From positions 2,362-66,361 of the forward strand of contig PLZO01000022.1 of the NCBI GenBank assembly GCA_003152165.1: 64,000 nucleotides of DNA, written 5' to 3'. Below, one piece after another: positions 37,313 through 44,778 of the stretch (positions are counted from its first letter, which is position 1; each line of letters starts with the position of its first letter). This stretch comes from Chloroflexota bacterium (GTDB lineage Bacteria; Chloroflexota; Limnocylindria; Limnocylindrales; CSP1-4). A program made the translations under genes and the position numbers. The notes below the pieces were generated by a model that saw only the letters and a program-made list of their open reading frames with translations, did no database searches and was not told the DNA's origin.

Positions 37313-37733
37313 TCGTCGATCGACGATCGACCCCCACGAGGCCCGACCAACATCGGGCCTCGTTCCATGTCCGGCGCCGCCACCCGTCCACTCAGAGGCG
37401 ATGCCCAAGCGAAGTCGCGAAACTACCCGACTTCACCGGCTCCGTTCGCTAGAGTGGCTCTTAGCGCGCTCCTAGCGTCCAGGCGCGCGACTCCGAGCAA
37501 ACGCCGCCACCACGGGACTGTACTCACGAAGGAACTCCTCTCCGCAGGCCCGATCTCGGCGTCGTCCGACCAGCGCACTCTGGGGCGTCGCGGTCCCTAT
37601 GTACACGGCGCGCCCGCGCGCGTATCGTGGCCTTGCGCGTTTGCGCAAGGACGCAACCATGGAGGACCACAGTGGATCGCCGCCACCTGGCCCGTGACAG
37701 GCGGGCCGTCACGACGCCCGGCATACTCAGACC

Positions 37734-38768
37734 ATGACCGACGAGCGACCACCTGTTGAGCCAGTCCTACAGACCGAACTCGGGGCGCTCTACGCGGGAG
37801 ACTGCGTCCCGCTCATGCGGGCGCTGCCTGCGGGATCGGTCGACCTTTTCTTCGCCGATCCACCCTTCAACCTCGGCAAGGACTACGGGGTCGCCGCGCC
37901 GGACAACCACACCGAAGACCGCTATCTGAAGTGGTGCTTCGAGTGGCTGTCCGAAGGAGTCCGGCTGCTCAAACCGGGCGGGTCGATGTTCGTCTACAAC
38001 CTCCCGAAGTGGTCGATCCCCATTGGCGAGTTCCTACGGACTCGGTTGACCTTCCGGCACTGGATCACGGTCGAGATCAAGTTCGGGCTTCCGATCACGG
38101 GTCGCCTCTACCCGAGCCACTACGGCTTGCTCTACTTCGTGAAGGGGAAGCGGCCGAACCGCTTCGACCCGCCGCGCCTCGCGATGCCGACCTGCCGGCA
38201 CTGCGGCGGCGAGATCCCGGACTACGGCGGCTACAAGGACAAGATGAACCCGAAGGGGCTCAACCTCTCCGACGTGTGGAGCGACATCGCGCCGGTCCGC
38301 CACTCGCGGTTCAAGAATCGGGAAGCGAACGAACTGTCGCTCAAGCTGATGGATCGAGTCCTCGACATCGGCTCGGCGCCTGGCGACATCGTCCTGGACC
38401 CCTTCGGCGGAGCCGGGACCACCTACGTCGCGGCCGAACTCAAGCACCGCCGCTGGATCGGGATGGAGTTGAGCACCGCTGACGCTATCGTGGATCGGTT
38501 CGCCGACCTCAGCCAGGATCGGGCGAACCTTCGCCGATACCGGTCGGGGATCAACACCCTGTTCACGCCCGAGGCGTTGGCCCTGCGCGCCCGGTCGGGC
38601 ATGGGCAGGAACAACCACCGGTACAACATCGAAGGGGCCGCGCCCGACGCTCGACTCAACGGAGAGGTCCACCAACTCTCGCTCGACACCACCGAGACAG
38701 TCGAGTCGATCGAGGGTGGGCTAACGAAGAGCCCGGCCGTCGGTTCCCTTCCGGATGAGCGGCACTAA
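37734..38768 (+). CDS. DNA methyltransferase, beta-class (N4-cytosine or N6-adenine), Type II R-M
   Basis: Motif IV DLFFADPPFN precedes motif I DPFGGAGTT (circularly permuted beta order). Contains a Cys cluster CRHCGGE. Confidence 0.8.
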   Translation: MTDERPPVEPVLQTELGALYAGDCVPLMRALPAGSVDLFFADPPFNLGKDYGVAAPDNHTEDRYLKWCFEWLSEGVRLLKPGGSMFVYNLPKWSIPIGEFLRTRLTFRHWITVEIKFGLPITGRLYPSHYGLLYFVKGKRPNRFDPPRLAMPTCRHCGGEIPDYGGYKDKMNPKGLNLSDVWSDIAPVRHSRFKNREANELSLKLMDRVLDIGSAPGDIVLDPFGGAGTTYVAAELKHRRWIGMELSTADAIVDRFADLSQDRANLRRYRSGINTLFTPEALALRARSGMGRNNHRYNIEGAAPDARLNGEVHQLSLDTTETVESIEGGLTKSPAVGSLPDERH

Positions 38769-39446
38769 CGGATCGGTCGCGTCGTAGCTGACGACAATCA
38801 CGGCCAAGCGGCCAGGAACGTCGACTCGACCGTAGACCTCGCGGTACAGCGATAGCTCGCGCCAGTTGCCGGTCCGGTCGGTGAGGTAGCGGTAGAGATC
38901 GCCATCGGGGAGGCACAAGACGGCCTGCTGCGCGAGACCACGCATCAAGGCGACGGTCAGTCGGTTGAGTGACCGATGCGAGCTGCTGATATTGCCGGTC
39001 TCCCACTCGACCAACGTGGACCAGGCGCTCGCCAGCGCCTTGCCCGCGTCGAAGCCGCCTCGACGGCCAAAGAGCGGGATCTCCATCGTCCAGCCACGCG
39101 CCTTCAGGTCGAGGGCGAATGCTTGCTTGATCGGCACGACACCGTTGCCTTGTCGCTTCGGGTTGATCGTGAACTTGCCCGATCCGGGCGGCCAGTGGAT
39201 CGTCGGGATGACCAACCTGATCTGGGCGAGGTCGGCGTCGGCAACCGCGATCTCACCGGGGTCAGTGAGTCGATCGAACAGGACGACCTCTTCCGCGATC
39301 AGCACGGACCGAGAGTACAACGCGTCACCCCCAATGGGCCAAACGCGGCGCTCGTCCACGAGACCGTCATGGCGACTGACCCAACAAGTGGTCTGGCTCG
39401 CCTCGCATAGCGGAGAGGATGCCAATTCGGACACCCCCACGTGCAA
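38721..39446 (-). CDS. Putative Type II restriction endonuclease (convergent partner of the MTase)
   Basis: 241 aa, convergent with the MTase and overlapping its 3' end by about 48 nt. Possible PD…(D/E)xK elements (TDPGE … ALDLKA). No family-level match recognisable by eye. Confidence 0.4.
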   Translation of the reverse strand: MHVGVSELASSPLCEASQTTCWVSRHDGLVDERRVWPIGGDALYSRSVLIAEEVVLFDRLTDPGEIAVADADLAQIRLVIPTIHWPPGSGKFTINPKRQGNGVVPIKQAFALDLKARGWTMEIPLFGRRGGFDAGKALASAWSTLVEWETGNISSSHRSLNRLTVALMRGLAQQAVLCLPDGDLYRYLTDRTGNWRELSLYREVYGRVDVPGRLAVIVVSYDATDPLVPLIRKGTDGRALR

Positions 39447-39781
39447 GTGGGCGCCTAATGCCGTGGGAATAAGCGTGCGGAGCTATTTGTCGTAATAGCC
39501 CGATGTCTATTGAGCAACGCACCGGTCGCGTAATCGAGCCGAATCTTGCCACGATCGCGCACAAACATAGGCTTCCATATGTAACGCGGCGCCACGGATG
39601 CCGCATATCCACCTGGCTGGTATGTCGAATGGTGACGGACTCGTTGGCTGGGGGAGATCCGGATACGCGAGCCAGGACGATTGCCGTAACGATGTCATGG
39701 AGACGGACTTGACAGGCCGGGCATTCCGTGCAAACTCAACATCGTCAACTTCGGCAGTCAACGATGGAGGACGGATTAGCG

Positions 39782-40375
39782 ATGAACCCCGACGACGTGA
39801 CCCATATTCTCGCAGGCGCGGTCAAGGCAGTGACCGACGCCAAGGTGCCGCCGGACCTGGCACCGGTTGCCTTCGAAAAGGCGATCGACATGCTCGCCGG
39901 CCCGCGGCCGGTGGCAGCTTCGACAACGGCGACATTGGGGGTGCCAACCTCGGTCGCCGCGCCGACCACGCCCACCGGGTCAGCGATCGACCGCTTGGCG
40001 ACCCGCCTTCATCTTTCGCACGAGGTTGTCGAAGCCGTCTTTACGGAGAACGGAGATGAGCTCGCGATCAGCGTGCCGCCCGATCGGTTGGCGAAGGCCA
40101 AGAGTGCAGGCGCCCGTGAGATCGCCCTGCTCGTCGCGGCCGCGCGCCAGAGCAGCTCGGATGATCCGACAACGACCGACCAGATCAGGCGGGCTGTCGA
40201 GGATTACAACCGATTTGACGGGCCGAATTTCGCCTCGTCTCTTTCGCCGATGAAGGGAACATTCCTCGTCGCCGGTCCCTCGCGCTCGCGAACCTTCAAG
40301 TTGACGAAGCCTGGATGGACGGCTGCCGCCTCGCTGGTCGGCCGGTTGGGCGCCCCTGACAAGTCAGCATCGTGA
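39782..40375 (+). CDS. Hypothetical protein (198 aa), first gene of a 2-gene cassette
   Basis: ATG with ggagga RBS. Helical N-terminus, Ala/Thr/Pro-rich linker, C-terminal domain. Its stop overlaps the next start (ATGA). Confidence 0.5.
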   Translation: MNPDDVTHILAGAVKAVTDAKVPPDLAPVAFEKAIDMLAGPRPVAASTTATLGVPTSVAAPTTPTGSAIDRLATRLHLSHEVVEAVFTENGDELAISVPPDRLAKAKSAGAREIALLVAAARQSSSDDPTTTDQIRRAVEDYNRFDGPNFASSLSPMKGTFLVAGPSRSRTFKLTKPGWTAAASLVGRLGAPDKSAS

Positions 40376-41193
40376 CCACGGGGCGAGCCCGAACGGCCTC
40401 TCACTCGCCGGTCCCAGCTGCGAGCACCGGGGGTCCGGCCGCGGTGCTCGGCGGCCTGCCCCTCGGCATCAGGCAGGAGCTCATCGACGAGTTGAACAAG
40501 ATCGAGCGCCATTTCCGCGAGGGCCGCTGGGAACCTGCGGAACTCGACGGCGGGCGACTGTGCGAGATCGTCTACTCGATCGTCCGCGGCGAACTGGACG
40601 GCAAGATCCCGTCCAAGGCGTCCAAGCCGACCGACCTTGTTGGGGCGATCCGGGCCCTCGAGGGCGTGCCAGCATCGACCGGACCGCGATCGTTCCGGAT
40701 CACGATCCCGCGCGCCCTTCTCGGGATCGTGGACGTCCGGAACGATCGTGACGTTGGCCATATCGGCGGCGAGGTCTCCTCTAACCACATGGATGCCTCC
40801 TATGTCCTTGCCGGTGCCAAGTGGCTGGTCGCCGAGCTTGTCCGCTACTACCACCAGGTCGACACCGCGACCGCCACCACGTTTGTTGAAGCGTTGATCG
40901 AACGGGACACCCCAGCTGTTTGGCAGGTCGCGGGCACGAAGCGACTACTCCTGCATGGCGTCTCGATGCCTGATCGGACCCTCGTGGCCCTCGATTCGAC
41001 CGCCGGACCGGTCCATACCACGGACCTCCGGGAGTGGACGGGCTACTCCAACGCGACGCTGTTCCGGCAGAGCATCCTGGTCGAGCTGCATCGCGCCGAT
41101 CTCATTCACTACGACCGCAAGACTGGCCTTGTGTATATCTCGCCGCTCGGTGCCAAACGTGTCGCCGACCACCTACACCAGTGGGTCGCCTAG
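40372..41193 (+). CDS. Hypothetical protein with a possible HEPN-like R-x6-H motif and a C-terminal winged-helix-like region (273 aa)
   Basis: …ITIPRALLGIVDVRNDRDVGHIGGEVSSNHMDASYVLAGAKWLVAELVRYYH… then …ELHRADLIHYDRKTGLVYISPLGAKRV. Translationally coupled to the upstream gene. Located in the island beside the R-M system. Confidence 0.5.
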   Translation: MTTGRARTASHSPVPAASTGGPAAVLGGLPLGIRQELIDELNKIERHFREGRWEPAELDGGRLCEIVYSIVRGELDGKIPSKASKPTDLVGAIRALEGVPASTGPRSFRITIPRALLGIVDVRNDRDVGHIGGEVSSNHMDASYVLAGAKWLVAELVRYYHQVDTATATTFVEALIERDTPAVWQVAGTKRLLLHGVSMPDRTLVALDSTAGPVHTTDLREWTGYSNATLFRQSILVELHRADLIHYDRKTGLVYISPLGAKRVADHLHQWVA

Positions 41194-41286
41194 ATCTTGG
41201 TCAATACGATCAATTAGGCGTCGATCCCAGGTGACAACGCTGTGGTACTCGGCGCGTTCCTTGCCGCCGGCTCCACGATCCCTCCC

Positions 41287-42795
41287 TCAAGTTCCAGCGT
41301 CGCGCTTCTGCGTCTCCGCGAGCTTCTTGCGGCTCTCGTTGTGGGCGTTCAGCCCGTCGCTCATCGACCCCATCGGGTCGAGGCCCGGCCGATCCTGCTT
41401 CCGACGCTGGCGACCAGCTTCCCGAACAGCTTGCCGAGCACCATCTAATACAGCCATCCGCGCGCGGACCGTCGCTTCGTAGCCCTGGTCGCCCGGCACG
41501 TAGTACCGCTGCTCCACGAGGGCATCGGGAAGGTACTGCTGCGAGATGTCGTCGCCCTCGAACTCGTGGGGGTTGCGGTAGCCGACACCGTCGCCGTATT
41601 GCTTCATGGCCGGATGACCCGCCGTCCGGAGATGCGCCGGGACCGGCAGCGATCCGTACTTCAACACGTCAGCCATCGCCGCGGCATAGGCGCGACCTAC
41701 CGCGTCCGACTTGGGCGACGACGAAATATGGACGGTCGCCTGGGCGAGGGCGTACTGGGCCTCGGGCAGGCCCACGTGGTCAAGGGCCTGGGCCGCGGCC
41801 ACCGCCACCTGGAGCGCCCGGGGATCGGCGTTGCCGACGTCCTCGGAGGCGCTGATGATCAGCCGCCGGACGATGAACCGGGGATCCTCGCCCGCCGCGA
41901 TCATCGTGGCCAGCCAGTACAGCGCGCCATCGGGATCGTTGCCCCGCAGGCTCTTGATGAAAGCGGAGGCCGTGTCGTAATGGCCGTCGCCGGCCCGGTC
42001 GTAGGCAAGGACCCGTTGCTGGGCGGCGGCCTCGACTTCGGCCAGTCGGGGCGCGACCCGACCCTCCAAATCGCGCACGCCGGCCGATTCGGCCAGGGCG
42101 GTGGCGCCTTCAAGCACATTGAGCGCCTGGCGGGCGTCCCCGCCGGCCAGTCCGACGAGGTGGGCGAAAGCGTCGTCCGGCAGGCTCACCCCACCACTAG
42201 GGCCGAGCGCGCCGGCCAGTCCCCGGTCGGGATCATCGATCGCACGGCGGACCACGGTTCGTACGTCACCGTCGGACAGCGGCTCCAGGCGCCAGACCCG
42301 CAGACGCGACAGGAGCGCGCTGTTCAACTCGAAATAGGGGTTCTCGGTCGTGGCCCCGATCAGGATGATCGTGCCGTCCTCGACGTGGGGCAGTAAGCCG
42401 TCCTGCTGGGATTTGTTGAAGCGGTGGATCTCGTCGATGAACAGAACGCTGCGCGCTCCGTTGAGGCTCAGCCGCTCACGCGCCGTCGCCACCGTCGAAC
42501 GGATCTCGGCGACGCCGCTCATCACCGCCGACAGGCTCATGAAGTCAGCCCCGATCGCGTCGGCGAGGAGCCGGGCCAGGCTGGTCTTGCCCGTCCCCGG
42601 CGGGCCCCACAGCAGGATCGACCCGAGGTAGCCGCGTTCGACCGAGCGGCGCAGAGGACCCTCCTCCCCGACGAGTTGAGCCTGGCCCACGTACTCGGCC
42701 AGCGTTCGCGGGCGCATCCGGGCGGCCAGGGGCTGGACGCCCGGCGGGGGCTGAAAGAGGGCGGCCTGGTCTGGAGCGGGACGGCGCGTCGGCAC
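41287..42795 (-). CDS. rarA: Replication-associated recombination protein A (AAA+ ATPase RarA/MgsA); chimeric, with the 3' ~450 nt supplied by the integrated element
   Basis: Walker A GPPGTGKTS, Walker B LFIDEIHRF, MgsA C-terminal domain (…LRTAGHPAMKQYGDGVGYRNPHEF…). Codon usage shifts to AT-ending codons downstream of …LAQAT (about 41735). Confidence 0.85.
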   Translation of the reverse strand: MPTRRPAPDQAALFQPPPGVQPLAARMRPRTLAEYVGQAQLVGEEGPLRRSVERGYLGSILLWGPPGTGKTSLARLLADAIGADFMSLSAVMSGVAEIRSTVATARERLSLNGARSVLFIDEIHRFNKSQQDGLLPHVEDGTIILIGATTENPYFELNSALLSRLRVWRLEPLSDGDVRTVVRRAIDDPDRGLAGALGPSGGVSLPDDAFAHLVGLAGGDARQALNVLEGATALAESAGVRDLEGRVAPRLAEVEAAAQQRVLAYDRAGDGHYDTASAFIKSLRGNDPDGALYWLATMIAAGEDPRFIVRRLIISASEDVGNADPRALQVAVAAAQALDHVGLPEAQYALAQATVHISSSPKSDAVGRAYAAAMADVLKYGSLPVPAHLRTAGHPAMKQYGDGVGYRNPHEFEGDDISQQYLPDALVEQRYYVPGDQGYEATVRARMAVLDGARQAVREAGRQRRKQDRPGLDPMGSMSDGLNAHNESRKKLAETQKRDAGT

Positions 42796-43083
42796 CCGCT
42801 CAGTCTACGACCGGATCACCTCGGCTCGGACCGGGAGAAGGAGCCGGCTACGTTCGAATAGGCTTGCCGCGCAGCTCAGGCCACGCTGCTCTGTGGCGTC
42901 CAGATCTGGCGGAGTGGCCGGCCGTCGCCCGGCAGCGGGGCGTTCTCGGCGGTCTCGAGCGGCTCCGAGCACGACGATGACGACCTTGTCGGTGGTCGCG
43001 GCCACCGTGTTCAGGATCGTCTGAGCTTCGCGGTAGATCTCGAAGACGGCCGGGGTCGTGCCATTGAGTCCGGGGATCGGGAC

Positions 43084-43521
43084 CTATTCCTCGAGGACCT
43101 GAGTGTCGGGCGGGAGACCGGTCGTGGCCGCGTCAGGATCGCTGGCCGAAACGATCGAGGGCGCGACGTCCCCGGTTGCAAAAGCGTCCGTCAGATCATC
43201 GTCCAGACCGCGGTTCTCGCCGCGTAGCCCGACCAGGTTGCTGTACAGGATCGTCTCGTCAGGCGCGAAGATCTTGACGTGCAGGATTCCCTTGGCGCGG
43301 ATGATCAGAGTCTTCAACTCGCCCTGGATCTCGTCCACCCGGGCCTGCGAGACGCCAGTGAGCGACAGGTCGGCGGCCGGCAGGTCGGTCGCGACGAGCA
43401 CGCTCACGATGGACTGAACCGCCGTGTCCGACCCGACCATCGCGGCCGTCTTGACGCTGTCGCTCCCCACCGCCACGAGGGCGACGGCAGTCGCGGCGAC
43501 GAGGAGCAGGCTGGCGCCCAA
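43084..43521 (-). CDS. Hypothetical secreted/membrane protein (145 aa)
   Basis: Hydrophobic N-terminus (signal/TM) then a soluble domain. No motif recognised. Confidence 0.35.
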   Translation of the reverse strand: MGASLLLVAATAVALVAVGSDSVKTAAMVGSDTAVQSIVSVLVATDLPAADLSLTGVSQARVDEIQGELKTLIIRAKGILHVKIFAPDETILYSNLVGLRGENRGLDDDLTDAFATGDVAPSIVSASDPDAATTGLPPDTQVLEE

Positions 43522-43708
43522 GACCAGGAGCAGGAGCCTGGAGCGGCGCTGCGGCCCGCTCCGAATGGATACTCAACAACGAGAAAGCTCGCCTAGGGAT
43601 TCCCGGAGCCCGACCGTAGGTGGCGGCGATTGGCCTGTCGATAGGCCGTATCGGGAGATGCCCGGGTGGCCGTCCGAGGATGTCCCGGCGTCAGCCGCCC
43701 GGGTGGGG

Positions 43709-44122
43709 TCAGCTCCGGGCAACTCCCATGAGCTCGAGCACGGCATACAGAACAGCCAGGATCCCGAACATCGAACCGCCGATGATGGCAATCCGGCGAA
43801 CGTCGCGAGCGACATAGCGGTATTCCTCGGCGGCCTCCAGCGCGAGGCGGCCCGAGCCGGCCGCGCGGCGCGGCGACAAGGTAGATTCGTCGGGCGCCCC
43901 GGCCCGCTCCTGCTGCGCTCGCCGGCCGGCGGGCGCTTGTTCCGCGCGCTCCGAGGCGAGCAGCGCTGCCTCGAGCTCCGCCGCGCGGGCGACTTCGGCA
44001 TCGGACAGGCCATCTGGCGGCGGTATGACCAGCGGCGTGCCGGGCACGGCCCGCGCTGTGCGCTGGATGGGGCGGCGCTGGCCGGGTCGAGTCGTCCCAC
44101 GGGCGCGCTTGGCCATCGGCAC
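43709..44122 (-). CDS. Hypothetical protein with a C-terminal TM anchor (137 aa)
   Basis: Basic N-terminus, Ala/Glu-rich helix, C-terminal hydrophobic helix (IAIIGGSMFGILAVLYAVLEL). Divergent from the DUF4446 gene. Confidence 0.4.
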   Translation of the reverse strand: MPMAKRARGTTRPGQRRPIQRTARAVPGTPLVIPPPDGLSDAEVARAAELEAALLASERAEQAPAGRRAQQERAGAPDESTLSPRRAAGSGRLALEAAEEYRYVARDVRRIAIIGGSMFGILAVLYAVLELMGVARS

Positions 44123-44198
44123 CTTGGTCCTCCTGTCGATTCCGGCGGCGGTCCGCCGACGGCAGAGGATAGCACCCGGCCCTGCTAGACTCGGCGGC

Positions 44199-44741
44199 GT
44201 GCCCGACCCGGCGACGTTGACGCCCGTCCTGATCGTTGCGCTGGGTGTCTGCCTGGTGGGCCTCGCGCTCGTCTGGCGGCGACTCGGGACGCTCCAGGGC
44301 AGGCTCGACGGGGTAACCCGGGGCGAGGATGGCCAGAGCCTTCAGGGGGTGCTCGAGACGCATCTGGGGCGGGTCGTCGAGATGCAATCGGAGGTCGTCG
44401 GCCTCGGCCGTCGGACCGATCGGCTCGAGGTGGATGGCCGGCGGGCATTTCAGCGGATCGGCCTCGTCCGGTTCAATCCGTTCGAGGACACCGGCGGCAA
44501 CCAGAGCTTCGCTCTCGCCCTGCTCGACGCCGAGGAGGACGGGGTCGTGATCTCGAGCCTCCACTCCAGGGGGTCGACCAGGATCTATGCCAAGGCCATC
44601 GCGGCCGGTCGGCCCGAGGCGGCGCTGTCGGACGAGGAGACGGAGGCGCTGGGCCTCGCCCGGGACGCGACTGGTGGGCGAGTGGCGATCCGTGGGCGGG
44701 CCGCCGCCGGGCTGCCGGCCGGCAGCCGTGGAGGCCGGTGA
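44199..44741 (+). CDS. DUF4446-family protein
   Basis: GTG start. N-terminal TM then FQRIGLVRFNPFEDTGGNQSFALALLDAEEDGVVISSLHSR, the conserved DUF4446 core. Confidence 0.65.
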   Translation: MPDPATLTPVLIVALGVCLVGLALVWRRLGTLQGRLDGVTRGEDGQSLQGVLETHLGRVVEMQSEVVGLGRRTDRLEVDGRRAFQRIGLVRFNPFEDTGGNQSFALALLDAEEDGVVISSLHSRGSTRIYAKAIAAGRPEAALSDEETEALGLARDATGGRVAIRGRAAAGLPAGSRGGR

Positions 44742-44778
44742 CGCCCGAGCTGTCACGGGGCTCGGCGATCATCGAGGT

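Larger units (their letters stand above)
29621..41740. mobile_element. Integrated ~12 kb element (serine-recombinase island) inserted within rarA
   Basis: A large serine recombinase gene lies at the left end, next to the rarA remnant. The right end supplies a replacement rarA 3' end (41287 to about 41735) with AT-ending codons (gta tta gat ggt gct…) unlike host genes. The interior has lower GC, CTAG-containing repeats, R-M genes and hypothetical genes. Confidence 0.7.

Noticed and set aside
42796-43083. 66-aa minus-strand ORF 42805-43005 upstream of rarA
   Set aside because: No RBS and Arg/Ala-rich composition. More likely the rarA promoter/leader region.
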